A DNA stretch of 64,000 nucleotides, taken from an uncultured Gammaproteobacteria bacterium. Lineage in GTDB: Bacteria > Pseudomonadota > Gammaproteobacteria > CAWCPV01. The stretch is taken from assembly GCA_963797555.1 (NCBI GenBank), contig CAWCPV010000004.1:672001-736000 (forward strand). Reading direction: 5' to 3'. Below, piece by piece: positions 1-12,570 of the stretch. A program made the translations under genes and the position numbers. The notes under the pieces are model-generated. The model did no database searches, had not been told where the DNA came from, and was given only the letters and a program-made list of their open reading frames with translations. Within the stretch, counting starts at the first letter, position 1. Each line of letters opens with the position of its first letter.

Positions 1-521
1 TGGACTCCTGCGAAAGCTCCACGCATTGGACGCGCGAGCCTGCCGCTCCTGGCCGTCCAGGTGGCCTGGGCGCGTGATCCGCTTTTGCGGGCCACGACCC
101 CGCCGGTCATGGACGCATCGGAAGGCGAACGAGTTGAAACGGCCAGTCTGGCGCAGGCGTTCGAAGCTGCGTTTCCGAGTCAGTATTCGGAACTGAGCCG
201 TAACAAGACCGCGCGAAATGCCGCCTCCTCTTGGACCCAGTCCGGGCACCTCGCCGGTCGCGCGAAAAAGACCCGCCAGCGGATCAAGCCCACAGCAGTG
301 GCCGTCACCATGGCCTTCTTCCTTGGGAATATCGCCGGCTACCACGGTGCGGCGGTCTTTTCCAATCCCTGGTGCCGCGCTCCTCGATCTGAATGCCGAC
401 CGTGCCAAGGCCATGGGCTTGGAGGCCCATCGGGCCGGGACTGCTCAACTTGCGTGCGGTGGGTGAAGTCGTTGAACTGAGCTTCCCGCTGCTCGCGGAA
501 TTTCAAACCGAGCCGTCATGA
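1..521 (+). CDS. brxA: BREX BrxA-like protein (5' truncated by window, frameshifted)
   Basis: ORF pieces 61-480 and 218-466 (ARNAASSWTQSGHL, FSNPWC.LLDL) join into one protein. Its TGA at 519-521 overlaps the next ATG; first position in the BREX operon. Confidence 0.6.
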
Positions 522-1078
522 GCGCCATCGACCGTCTGCTTTCCAACTACTCCCGCCAGGTGCGCCTGCCCTGGTCAGCCCAACATGTCGGGCAAGCAGC
601 GCGTCTGGTTTGCGGTGTATCCGCCGGCAGAAGAACGGCGGGTACGGGCGCGGCTGCCGCAGTTTGAAGCGCTCACGCTCGAAGCCAACCACGGATGGGC
701 CACCGTTGACCTCACGCGACCTTCTGCCGGAATGGATCTGCGGCCCACGAGTATCGCGAAGCGATCTTCGCAGAGCCGGAGCATTTCAGCGCCAACAGCG
801 AGCTCGAAGACCTGGCCGTTGAGCGGGTGCGTCAGGCCTGGTCCGGCGAGGATGTCAATGCTGCCAGCGTCGTGGCCGTCACCGGGCTCGCGTCGCTGTT
901 CGACTTCATGCGGGTATCCAGCCTGATCGAGCGGGTCGAAGACTGCGTGCGCGGTCGCTTGCTGGTGCTCTTCCCGGGCGAATACGTCGGCAACGTCTAT
1001 CGCTTCATGGACGCACGCGACGGCTTCAACTACATGGCCGTTCCCATCACCTCAACCGAGAGCTTCATCAACCCATGA
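518..1078 (+). CDS. brxB: BREX BrxB / DUF1788-like protein (frameshifted)
   Basis: ATG 518 MSAIDRLL, then QRVWFAVYPPAEERR and GRLLVLFPGEY..NVYRFMDARDGFNYMAVPIT across 3 frames; ATGA overlap with brxC. Confidence 0.7.
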
Positions 1079-4000
1079 CCAACCGCGAACTTTACTTCCG
1101 CGATCCCACCACCCTCGAGCTGCTCAACAACGGCGTCTCGAAGGTTTCCGAATTCGGCCACGACGCAGCGCCAGATCAGGACGCTCCGTTTTGAGCTGCG
1201 AGAACTTTGTCTGCGATGGCGAATACGCCCGCGGGCTGGAGCGGATTCTCAAGGCCTACCTCGATGGCCTCGGGCGAGAGGAGCAGAAGGCCGTCTGGGT
1301 CAGCGGCTTCTTCGGCAGCGGCAAGTCTCATCTCGTCAAAGTGCTGCGCTATCTCTGGGAGGATTACCACTTCGCCGACGGCGCCACCGCCCGCTCGCTC
1401 GTGAAGCTGCCAACGGAAATCACCGATCTGCTCACGGAACTGACCAATCGCAGCAAGCCACTCGGTGGCTTGCGCGCCGCAGCGGGCACGCTCGGCGCGG
1501 GCTCCATGGACAACGTCCGCCTGGCGTTCATCCAACTGGTGCTGCGCGCCGCCGGCTTGCCGGAGAATCTCGCGCAGGCCAGATTCATCCTCTGGCTGCG
1601 CTCATCTGGGCTGGAGGCCAAGGTCGAGGCGGCACTCAAGCAGCAGAATCGCGAGCTTGCCCGTGAAGTCCTCAGCTTGAAGCTCTCCGATTCCGCTTGC
1701 CGAGGCGCTCGTCAGTGCCGAGCCCAAATATGCCACGGTCGCCAACGCGCAGGAGGCCATTCGTGACCGGATTTCCCGGAAATCACGTCGCCCAACAATT
1801 GACTCAGGCGCTCGACTTCGTCCAGCAGATCTTCGGTGAGACAATGGCAACTTCCCTGCACGCTGCTCGTCGTAGATGAAATCCAGCAGTTCATCGGCGA
1901 GAAGATCCGAGCGGCGCGATGGATCTGCAGGAAATCGCCGAGCACGTGCTGCACCAAGCTGAACCAGCGCCTTCTCCTGGTGGGCACCGGCCAGTCCGCG
2001 TTGAACATGCCACGCCCAGCCTGCAACGGCTGCAGGCCCGCTTTGCAGTAAGCGTGCAACTTTCGGACACCGATGTCGAGAGCGTCATTCGCAAGACCGT
2101 CCTCCGCAAGAAGCCGGAGCAAGAGTCCAGCCATCGCGAAGTGCCTGGACGCCAACCAGGGCGAATTGGCCCGCCATCTCCAGAACACCCGCTTCGCCGC
2201 CACCCACGACGACGACAAGTTCTTCGTCGCCGATTACCCGCTGCTGCCCACCCGCCGGCGGTTCTGGGAGAAGGTGCTGCGCAACACCGACCACTCCGGC
2301 ACCAAGGCCCAGTTGCGCTCCCAGTTGCAGATCGTCTTCGAGGCGACGCGACAAACCGCGGCGGCTGCCGTGGGCACCGTGGTGCCGGCGGACTTCATCT
2401 ACGACCAGATTTCCACCGACCTCCTCAACTCCGGCGAGCTGGAGCGCGAGTACGACGAGATCATCCGCAAGCAGCGCGATGGCAGCAAGGACGGCGATCT
2501 GCGTTCCAGCCTGTGCGCCCTGATCTTCCTGATCGGCAAATTGCCCCGCACACCGGGTGCCGACGACGGCGTGCGGGCGAACGCCGAAACGCTGGTGGAC
2601 CTGCTCGTCAGCGATCTGAAGACGCGACCGGCCAGAAGCTGGAGCAGCAAGTCCCCAAGCTGCTCAAGCAGCTCGTGGATGCCGGCCAACTCATGGCGGT
2701 GGAAACCGAATACCGCCTCCAGACCCGCGAGGGCGCGCTCTGGACGCACGACTTCAACCGCCGCCGCACCGCAGCCCTCAATGACGACGAGCGCATCAAT
2801 TCCAAGCGCGCGGAACTGCTGCGCGACGGCACCAAGCAGGCGCTCAAGCCCGTATCGCTGCAGCAGGGCACTTCCCGCCAGCCGCGCAAGCTCGTCTTCG
2901 AGCTTTCCTCCAGCCGGCCCGCCTGCCAGCAGCGACGAGGTCACCCTGTGGATGCGGGACGGATGGAGCGACGACGAAAAGTCGGTCCTGAACGACGCCC
3001 GCGCCGCCGGTGTCGATAGCCCGATGCTCTTCGGCTACCTGCCGCGCCTGCACCACGAGGAATTGCGGCAGGCCATCGCCTCGCAACGTCGCCGCCCAGG
3101 AGACGCTGGACGCGCACGGGCCGGCCGGCACGCCGGAGGCCATCGAGGCCCGCAAGGCCGTCGAAACCCATCTGGAGGTGGCCCAGCACCGGATTCAGGA
3201 ACTGCTCGGTCACATCATCGGCGGCGCGAAGGTCTTTCTCGGCGGCGGGCAGGAGGCCAACGGCGTCGAGCTGGCCGACAAGGTGCAGGATTCCGCCAAC
3301 AGCGCGCTGGAGCGGCTGTTCCCGCAATTCTCCGAGGCGGATCACGCCAACTGGGGCCAGGTCGTCAGCCGTGCCCGCGGCTGGCGACGTCGGCGCGCTC
3401 TCGCAGGTGGGCTACCCCGGCGATGTCACCAAACATCCCGTCTGCCGTCGCGTGCTCGATTTCATTGGCGCCGGCAAGAAGGGCAAGGACATCCGCGAGC
3501 ATTTCAAGTCCGCACCCTTTGGCTGGCCGCAGGACGCCATCGATGGCGCGCTGTTTGTCATGCTGGTCGCCGGCAACCTGCGCGCCACTGTCAATGGCCA
3601 GCCGGTGCAGGCGCAGTCGCTGCCGCAGAATCAGGTGGGCGTCGCCAACTTCTACGTGGACGTGCCGCCGCTCAACGTGCAGCAGCGGCTCGACCTCAAG
3701 GCGCTGTTCCAGAAAACTCGGCATCACCACACAGAACGGCAAGGAATCCGAAGCCGCCGCGCAGTTCCTGCAAAAGCTGCTCGCGCTGGCGGAATCCGCC
3801 GGTGGCACCGCGCCCCGGCCGGAGCCGCCGGATACCCAGGACGTGCGCGCCCTGCAAATGCTCAGCGGCAATGCCCAACTGCTCAAGATCCACGAGCAGA
3901 AGGACGATCTCGCCGCCAAACTCGCCGCGTGGAAGAAGAACGCCGAGGCCATCGCCAAGCGCTGGCCCGCATGGGAACGGCTGCTCGACTTTCACAACTT

Positions 4001-4532
4001 TGCCGCCGGCCTGCCGGAAGCGGAGGCCTGCGCCAAATCCATCGCCGCCATCACCGAGCGGCCGCACGCTGCTGGCGGAGCCCGATCCCGTACCCGAGCT
4101 GACCAAACAGCTCACCACGGCCCTGCGCATCGCCCTCGGCAAATTGCAGGACGACCTCGCCGCCGCCTTCAAGGCCGGCGATGCAAAGCTCGCCGCCTCG
4201 CAAGTCTGGAGCGGTCGGACGACGAACAGCGCGCCACGATTGCCGCGGCCTGCCAGCTCACGCCGCCGCCCAAAGCCGCCATCGGCACCGACGACGAGAT
4301 CCTCGCCGCCCTGCGAGCCCGCACCCTGGCCGACCGGCGCAACTTGCTCGACGCCGTGCCGCAGCGTTTCTCCCGCGCGCTCGAAGAAGCCAGCCAAGCT
4401 GGCCACCCCGAGGCCGAGCGCGTCGCGCTGCCCGGCGCGACCATCAACAACACGGCCGAACTGGACCAGTGGCTCACCGGCGTGCGCCAGCAGGTGGAGG
4501 AAAAACTCAAAGATGGCCCGGTGATTCTATGA
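1075..4532 (+). CDS. brxC: BREX P-loop ATPase BrxC (multiple frameshifts)
   Basis: MTNRELYFRDP..LLNNGVSKV start, Walker A VWVSGFFGSGKSHL, Walker B LLVVDEIQQFIG, YPLLP, PFGWPQDAIDG, ends DGPVIL. About 1150 codons split over several ORFs. Confidence 0.85.
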
Positions 4533-7500
4533 GCACGCCTTCCCACGGAACTGCGCCGCCAGTTGGAGCGGGCGGCCAAGCAAGCCCGCAACGATCGCCG
4601 AGGCCGGCGCGCGCAAAGCGCTCGAAGCGCTGGCCGTGCATGAGCCTGATCCCTACCGGCACATGGATGAAGCGCAGCGCACACTGCGGCGCAAACTCCG
4701 CGCCCAGGCCAAACAACTGGGCGATGGCGAGAGCCAGGCCCGGCGCGGCGCTTACGAGATCAAGCACCTCGTCGAGAAGCTCGCCTACGACCAATGGCAT
4801 CGGCTGCTCTTCGCCCGCTTTCTGCTGGAGAACAATCTCCTCATCTCGCCGGAGCATGGCGTGTCGGTGTCGCTGGACGATTGCGAGGAACTCGCCCCGT
4901 CGCTGGGCTTGAAGGACGCCTGGGCGGTCGCCGCGCGCTTCGCCGCGGTCGAGCTGCCGGAGATTTTCCGCGCCGACGATCCGGCGGGCGCGGTGGAACT
5001 GCCCGTGGAGGACCGCAAGCGCGCTCATCCAGCTCGTCACGGGCTTGCCGGTGGAGGTGTTCACCGCCAGCGACAGCCTCGGCTGGTGCTATCAATTCTG
5101 GCAGGCGGAGCGGAAGGACGAGGTCAACGCCGCCGGCAACAAGATCGGCGCGGATGAACTGCCGTCCGTCACGCAATTGTTCACCGAGGATTACATGGTG
5201 GACTTCCTCTTGGACAACACGCTCGGCGCGTGGCACGCCGGCAAAGTCCTCGCCGCGAATCCCAAGCTGGCCGAAAACGCCCAGAGCGAAGACGAACTCC
5301 GCAAGGCCGTCGCGCTGCCGGGCTGCCCGTGGAAATATCTCCGCTTCATCAAAGGCAAGGACGGCAAGTGGACTCCCGCCGCCGGCACGTTCGACGGCTG
5401 GCCGAAGACGGCGAAGGAACTCAAGTGCCTCGACCCGTGCATGGGCAGCGGGCATTTCGTGGTGGCGATGTTCGAGCGGCTGGTGGCCTTGCGCATGGCC
5501 GAGGAAAAGCTGGACGAAGCGGCGGCGGTGGCGGCGGTCATCCGCGACAACCTGTTCGGGTTGGAGATTGACCCGCGCTGCACGCAGATTGGCGCGTTCA
5601 ACCTGGCGCTGGCCGCGTGGCGGCGCGTGGGCCACTGCACGCTGCCGGCGATGAACCTGGCCTGCTCCGGCCTCGCGCCGAACACCCGCGAAGCCGACTG
5701 GCTGGCGATTGCCGGCGACAACCAGAAACTCCAGCGCGGCATGGAGCGGCTTTACCGGCTGTTCCAAAAGGCGGCGGTGCTGGGCAGCCTCATCAACCCG
5801 CGCGCCGGCGAGGGCGATTTGCTGGTGGCCGCGTTCCATGAACTCCAGCCGCTGCTGGAAAAGGCGCTGGCGCAGGAGACCAAGGACGACACCGCGCATG
5901 AAATGGCCGTGACCGCGCGCGGCCTGGCCAAGGCGGCGGAAATTCTCGCCGGCCAGTTCACGCTCGTCGCCACCAACGTGCCTTACCTCGGACGCGGCAA
6001 GCAGGATGAGTGCTGAAGGACTACTGCGAGCGAGTTCATCCTGAAGCAAAGCCGACCTCGCGACATGTTTTGTCGAACGCTGCCTTGACTTCTGCGCCAA
6101 TGGCGGGAGCGACTGCGCTTGTCACTCCGCAGAACTGGCTGTTCTTGGGCACTTACAAGAAACTCCGCGAGCAGTCTCTTGAAGAATGCGAACTTGGAAT
6201 TTCGTCGCGAGACTTGGGCCGAAGGCTTTCGAGACAATCAGCTGGTGAGGTTGTCAATGTCGCGCTTGTTGTCATTACTCGCAGACACGCCCAATCAGCA
6301 AGACACAGTTTATTGGGCTTGATGTCGCCGACAATGCAACGCCTGAGCGAAAAGCTGACGCGCTGCATTCGAGCAAGTCGCTTCTCGTGCAGCAAGTCGA
6401 TCAACTGCAGCAATCCAGACGCCGAATGTAATTCGGATTGTCGACAGGACCGTCTGCAGCTTCTTGCGAGAATCTGCAGATGTGCTGTCACGGGCTGGCG
6501 ACACTGGCGATTCGTCACGTTGATCGATGCTTTTGGGAGATTGCCACAGTTGGCGAACGATTGGATGCTTTCAGCAGAGCACTGTTCGAAGACGCATGAC
6601 TATTCGGCGGACGCGAGCAGATTCTTGCTTGGGAAGATGGACAAGGCGCGCTTGCAAGCTGAGCAGCGAGCAATGCTGCGACGACCTGGCAACGTGGCAT
6701 GACGAGCTTGGGGCAAGCAGGGCGTTGCTGTTAGCCAGATGGGCGACTTGCCAGTGCACGCTCTATCATCGGCGAGATTTTATGATAACAACGTTGCAGT
6801 CATTGTCCCGACATGACCAGCACATCTGCCTGCGATTTGGGCGTTCTGTTCAGTCGCCAGATTTCGCGAGCGACGTTCGCGAGATTGACCAGAAGTTAAA
6901 CGTGACCAACGCCACGCTTGTCAAAGTTCCCTTCGACCTGGCGCACTGGCAGAAGGTGGCGGCGGAGAAATATCCGCACGGATTGCCGAAGCCGTTTTCC
7001 AGCGACCCGACGCAATGGCTGTTCAACGGCCACCCTGCCGGTGCAGACCAGCCGTTGCACGTGGCCGTGGCGCGGTTGCTCGGCTACCAGTGGCCGCGCC
7101 AGACCGGTTCAAGTTTTCCCGATTGCCCGGCGCTCGGCCCGGATGGTCTGGAAAAGCTGGCGGATGACGATGGCATCGTGTGCCATCAGTCCCGCCAAAG
7201 GCGAAGAGCCCGGCCGCCGAACGCCTGCGCGAACTCCTCGCCGCGCGCCTACGGCAAGGATTGGAACGCCACCCGGCACTGGAAGCTTGCTCGCCCAGGC
7301 GGATTACGCCGGCGCGACGCTGGAGGACTGGCTGCGCAACGGATTCTTCGAGCAGCATTGCGACGCTGTTCCACCATCGCCCCTTCATCTGGCACATCTG
7401 GGACGGTCGCAAGCGACGGTTTCAGCGCGCTGGTGAACTATCACAAGCTCGACCCACGCCAGACTCTGGAGAAGCTCACCTACGCCTACCTCGGCGATTG

Positions 7501-7959
7501 GATCCGCCGCCAGCAAGGCCGCCGTCGAAGCGCGAGGAAGCCGGCAGCGGACGCCAAGCTGCAGGCCGCGCAAGCAATTGCAGGACAAGCTCAAGCTCAT
7601 CCTCGAAGGCGAGCCGCCCTACGACATCTTCGTCCGCTGGAAGCCGCTCGCCAAGCAAGCCATCGGCTGGCATCCCGACATCAACGACGGCGTGCGGATG
7701 AACATCCGCCCGTTCCTGCAGACGTGCCGGACATGCAAGGCGCCGGCATATGCGCGTCAAGCCCAAATCAAATGGGACAAAGACCGCGGCAAAGAACCCG
7801 AGCGCGACAAGGCCGAGTATCCCGTGGTTCTGGGGCTGGGACGAGGAGAAGCAAGACTTCGCCGGGTCGGCAACGAGCCGGACGGCAATCGCTGGAACGA
7901 TTGCCACTACACGAACGAGTTCAAGAGCGACCGCCAGGCGGGCGCCGAAGACACGATGA
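4529..7959 (+). CDS. pglX: BREX adenine DNA methyltransferase PglX (multiple frameshifts)
   Basis: TQLFTEDYMV, motif I LDPCMGSGHF, motif IV ATNVPY, C-terminal SSDPTQWLF, RPFIWHIWDG, EGEPPYDIFVRWKPL, PDINDGVRMNIRPF; ATGA overlaps at both ends. Confidence 0.85.
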
Positions 7960-10283
7960 GCACGGTCGCCGAACGAGTGGTCGCCGCCCTCAGAACAACC
8001 GCCCAAGCCTATGCCGCCGGCGATCAGGTCGCGCCTTGCGCGGTGCTCTGGACTGATCCCGAGCGCTTGTGGGAATGCGTCATGCCGGAGCTGCAGGCGA
8101 TGCTGCCGGAGCTGTTTCTGCTGGGCGGCTATGCCCCGGAAAAGCGCACGGGGCCGGCGCTGTGGCTGCGCTGCATCGAGGCGCGAGTGGTGGAGGGTGC
8201 GCCGCCGATGGGAACCACGCCGATCTTGTACCTGCCGGGCATCAGCCGCGAGCAGCTGCGCGCCGCGGAGGATTGTCCGCAGGAACTCGTCCGCCTTGGT
8301 TGAGTTGCAGTATCGAGGTGCGATGTGGCTGCACGTGAACGGCAAGGAATGGACGCCCTACGCCTTCCTGGTTTCCAAACACGGCGGCCTCGGTCTCGAT
8401 GTGGCCAAGGACCAGGCGACGCTCGACGCGCTGGCTGGGCGCTTGCCCCGCTGCATGGCGGAACCGATCCCCGGTTGCGGGGCAAGCGTCTGGATTCCGA
8501 GTTCTTCAACGGCCTGGTGGCGCCGGATGCGACCGGGCTGCTACTGCGCTGGCTGAGCGATCCGGAGGCGTTCAAACAGGCCGCTCGGACGCCGAATGGA
8601 AGGCCTTCTGCCAGCAATGCAAGGCGGATTCCGCTTTGATCCGGTCAAGGACGGCCCGCTAAAGGCGGCCGGAGCTGCTGGCTGCGCGCGTCAATCACTG
8701 GAGCAAGGCCTGGCAGCGCTTTGCCGAGTCGCCGGCGAATTATCCCGGGAGTCGTGGAATGGCTGAAGCGCGCCGCGCCCGAAACACCCCGGCATGTTCG
8801 ATACCGCCGAGGTCTGGCCGAGCATCAACGAGCGTGAAGAACGGAAGCTTGCAGCAGGCGCTGGAGTCGCTGGTGGATCGGCCGCAGGACGAGGTGATCC
8901 GCCGGGTGGCTGAACTGGAAGCGCAGCACGCAGAGCGGCGCGCTTACCCGTGGCAGAAGCTGGGGCTAAGCCCACTGGCGACCGCGCTGGAGCCGCTGGC
9001 GCAACTGGCCGGGCTGTGCCAGAGCGCGCCCGGCGCGCCCACTCCGGAAGCGTATGCAGCGTCTTATGCCAGCGACGGCTGGCGCGTGGATGCCGCCGCC
9101 CTGGCCACCATGGCGGCCTGCGGGTCGCCGGAGCAGCATGCTGCGGTGCTGGGGACGCTGCGGGCCGTCTATCTGCCGTGGCTCGAAAACACCGCCCGCC
9201 ACCTGCAACAACTGATTCGCGACAACGGACAGTCGGTATCCAAGCGCGCCAAGCCCATCGAAGCGGCGGCGGGGCGGCTCGTCGTTGTTTGCCGACGGAC
9301 TGCGGATGGACGTCGCCCAGCAGTTGGCCGAGAAACTGGCGGCGGCAGGAATCGAATCCACGCAGGACTGGGAGTGGTCGGCCATTCCGTCGGTGACGGC
9401 CACCGCCAAGCCCGCGGCGTCTCCCATCGCCGACGCTGTTCAGGGTGGCGAGGCCGAGCGATGAGTTCGCCACGCGGCTGGTTTCCACCGGGCAACTCCT
9501 GACGCAGGAGCGTTTTGTGACCGCCCTGAAAGACCGCGGATGGCAAGTCCTCGGATCGGACGAAACCGGCGACCCTGCCGGTTCGGCCTGGACGGAAGCC
9601 GGCGCGCTCGACAAGCGCGGTCACAGCGGAGGGCTGGAAGCTCGCTCGCAGCGTTGAAGTGGAGGTCCGCGATCTGGTCAGCCGGATCGGCGCACTGCTC
9701 AAGGCCGGCTGGACGGAGGTGGTGGTGGTGACGGATCACGGCTGGCTGCTGGTGCCCCATGGCCTGCCGAAGGTCGAACTGAAGGCATTTCTGACGGAAA
9801 CCCGCTGGAGTCGTTGCGCCGCGTTGAAGGCCGATGCGCAGACCGATGCGCTGGCGTTCAAGTGGCACTGGAACCCCTCGGTCATGATGGCCAGCCCGCC
9901 GGGCGCTGGCAGTTTCCGCGCGGCCATAGAGTATTCCCACGGCGGCGTGTCGCTGCAGGAAATGGTGACCCCCGTGCTGCGCGTGAAGGCCGCGCAGCCG
10001 GACGGGAGCTTCGGCCCGGCTGCTGGAAGCCAAGTGGACCGGGGCGAAATGCCGGGTGGTGGTCGGTGGCGCTTCTGCGGGCGTTCGGGTGGATGTCCGC
10101 ACCAGCCAATCCGACGCGAACACGTCGCTCCTGGCGGACAAGCAAGCGCGTGAGACCACAGCCGCCGGCAAGGTGACGGTATTCCTCGAAGACGATGCCG
10201 ACATCGGCAAAGAGGCCGAAATCGTTTTACTGGATGCTTCCGGGCAGGTGATCGGCGCCCTGTCCACCACGCTTGGACAATGA
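7956..10283 (+). CDS. pglZ: BREX phosphatase PglZ (type B-like; frameshifted)
   Basis: VAPCAVLWTDP, GPALWLRC, DGLRMDV, PSVTATAK, VVTDHGWLL, YSHGGVSLQE alkaline-phosphatase-fold motifs. Confidence 0.85.
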
Positions 10284-10287
10284 CCTT

Positions 10288-12339
10288 ATGAGCCAGCAAC
10301 TGGACGCCATCGATACGATTGCGACCAAAGCCTTTGAAGGCTACGTGGTACGCAAGGATCTGGTGCGCAAATTTAAGGGGCAATACCCCGTCCCAACCTA
10401 CGTGGCCGAGTTTCTTCTGGGCCGCTATTGCGCCTCGGTGGACGAGGACGAGATCGCCGAAGGTCTCAAGATTGTCGAGCGCCAGCTCGGAGAAAAGACC
10501 ATCCGCGCCGGCGAGCACGAGCTGTTCAAGGCGCGCGCCAAGGAAAGGGGGCACGTGAAGCTGATCGACATCATCACCGCGCGGCTGGATGCCGGGTCCG
10601 ACTCCTTCGTGGCGACCTTGCCAAGCCTGCAATTGAAGGACGTGCGCATCAGTGAAGCGATGGTCCACGCCAACGAGCGCATGCTGACGGGGGGCTTCTA
10701 TGCCGAGGTCGAGCTCGCCTACGACCCGACCATCGCCCAGGAGAAGAATGGCCGCCCGTTCGGCATCGACTCGCTGCGCGAGATCCAGTTGTCCAAGCGC
10801 GACGTTCTGCCGGCGCTCTATCATGGCCGGGAGGCATTTGCCACCGAGGAGTGGAAGGGGTTCCTGATCCGCAGCGTGGGCATGGAGCCGGAACAACTCA
10901 GCCCCCGTGCCCGCGACATGATGCTGCTGCGCATGGTGCCGTTCGTGGAGCGCAACTACAACCTGGTGGAACTGGGACCCCGTGGCACCGGGAAGAGCCA
11001 CCTGTTCCAGCAGGTCTCCCCCTATGCCCACCTGATCTCGGGCGGCAAAGCGACGGTCGCGCGCATGTTTGTGAACAACGCCAACGGTCAGCGCGGTTTG
11101 GTCTGCCAGTACGACGTGGTCTGCTTCGATGAGATCTCCGGCGTCTCCTTCGACCAGAAGGATGGCGTGAACATCATGAAGGGCTACATGGAGTCCGGCG
11201 AGTTCAGTCGCGGCAAGGAGAGCATCCGCGCCGATGGCGGCATGGTGATGGTGGGGAACTTCGAGGTCGACGTGCAGCATCAGCAGCGGGTGGGCCACCT
11301 TTTCGGCCCACTGCCGCCCGAGATGCGTGACGACACCGCTTTCATGGATCGCATCCACGCCTATCTACCCGGATGGGACTTGCCGAAGGTAAACCGCGAT
11401 CTACTGACCAATCATTTCGGCCTGGTCAGCGACTTCCTGTCCGAATGCTGGAACCAGTTGCGGCGCCAGAGCCGGCAAAGTGTCCTCCAGGGGCGCTTGC
11501 ACCTGGGGGGCGCCCTGAGCGGACGCGACACGACGGGCGTCCAGAAGACCGTCAGCGGCTTGATCAAGCTGGTATCGCCGAATCCGGAGATCCCCGTTTC
11601 CGACGAGGTGCTGGAGTGGGCGTTGCGCCTGGCGCTGGAGTGCCGCCGGCGGGTCAAGGAGCAGCAAAAGCGCATCGGTTCCGCCGAGTTTCGCAACACC
11701 CAGTTCAGCTATACGCTCGGTGAAGACGGGGTGGAGAAGTTCGTGGCCACGCCCGAGCTCTACAGCGAGAACAGTATTGGCAGCGACCCGCTGCCGCCTG
11801 GGCAGGTCTGGGTCATATCAGCCGGTGGTGGCGACGAAAACCCAGGGCTGTACCAGGTGGACATTGCGGAAGGACCGGGCAGCGGGGTGAAGATTCTGAA
11901 CCAGCCTGCACCACCGCCGTTCAAGGAAAGCGTTCGGTGCGCCGAGCAAAACCTCTACGCTCGGGCGAAGGAACTCGTTGGTGACCGCGAGCCTCGTCAG
12001 CACGAGTTTACGGTTCAACTGCGGGCATTCGACAGCGCCAAGAGTGGTTCTGCGGTCGGCGTCGGCGTGCTGCTCGCGCTGTGCTCATCGCTCCTCCAGA
12101 AGAGCATCAAGGGCGGCTTTGCTGTCACCGGTGGCCTGAACCTTGGTGGCTCCCTCGAAACCATCTTCAACCCCGTGGCTGTCGTTGAAACGGCCATCGA
12201 GAAGGGTGCCGGTAGCATCCTGATGCCGATCAATAGCCGGAGGCAGTTGAATGACCTGCCCGACGATCTGGCAGCCAGGATTACCATCCACTACTACCTC
12301 GACGCTCGGGATGCTTTGCTGAAGGCGTTGGCGATCTGA
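10288..12339 (+). CDS. brxL: BREX Lon-like protein BrxL
   Basis: Intact ORF: VPTYVAEFLLGRYC, ELGPRGTGKS, FDE, DTAFMDRIH, Lon-like C-terminal domain. Confidence 0.92.
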   Translation: MSQQLDAIDTIATKAFEGYVVRKDLVRKFKGQYPVPTYVAEFLLGRYCASVDEDEIAEGLKIVERQLGEKTIRAGEHELFKARAKERGHVKLIDIITARLDAGSDSFVATLPSLQLKDVRISEAMVHANERMLTGGFYAEVELAYDPTIAQEKNGRPFGIDSLREIQLSKRDVLPALYHGREAFATEEWKGFLIRSVGMEPEQLSPRARDMMLLRMVPFVERNYNLVELGPRGTGKSHLFQQVSPYAHLISGGKATVARMFVNNANGQRGLVCQYDVVCFDEISGVSFDQKDGVNIMKGYMESGEFSRGKESIRADGGMVMVGNFEVDVQHQQRVGHLFGPLPPEMRDDTAFMDRIHAYLPGWDLPKVNRDLLTNHFGLVSDFLSECWNQLRRQSRQSVLQGRLHLGGALSGRDTTGVQKTVSGLIKLVSPNPEIPVSDEVLEWALRLALECRRRVKEQQKRIGSAEFRNTQFSYTLGEDGVEKFVATPELYSENSIGSDPLPPGQVWVISAGGGDENPGLYQVDIAEGPGSGVKILNQPAPPPFKESVRCAEQNLYARAKELVGDREPRQHEFTVQLRAFDSAKSGSAVGVGVLLALCSSLLQKSIKGGFAVTGGLNLGGSLETIFNPVAVVETAIEKGAGSILMPINSRRQLNDLPDDLAARITIHYYLDARDALLKALAI

Positions 12340-12570
12340 TCGGCGGTTGGTGTGCGACTTGTGATTAGGCAATGGCCTGGAAAGAATTTCAAGAAATGCC
12401 TGCGGGTAGCGAGCGAAGGCGGAGAGCTTTGCTTCGATAGACACCAACCTTGGCGTGGTTCGGAAGGGGGCGCTGACACACGCAAGACGCACCGCGCCAG
12501 CACTTGCTGCCCGTAATTATCGGCGGCGGCTCGACTCGCGCCCGCCGCCCATCCGGTCCCTTGGGAGCAG

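Noticed and set aside
1-12339. BREX operon as a novel system
   Set aside because: Gene order and motifs match established type-1 BREX; only the specificity region and error pattern are notable.
12340-12570. Group II intron 5' end (GTGCG) or sRNA between brxL and the integrase
   Set aside because: Only a 5-mer match, with no supporting structure recognisable.
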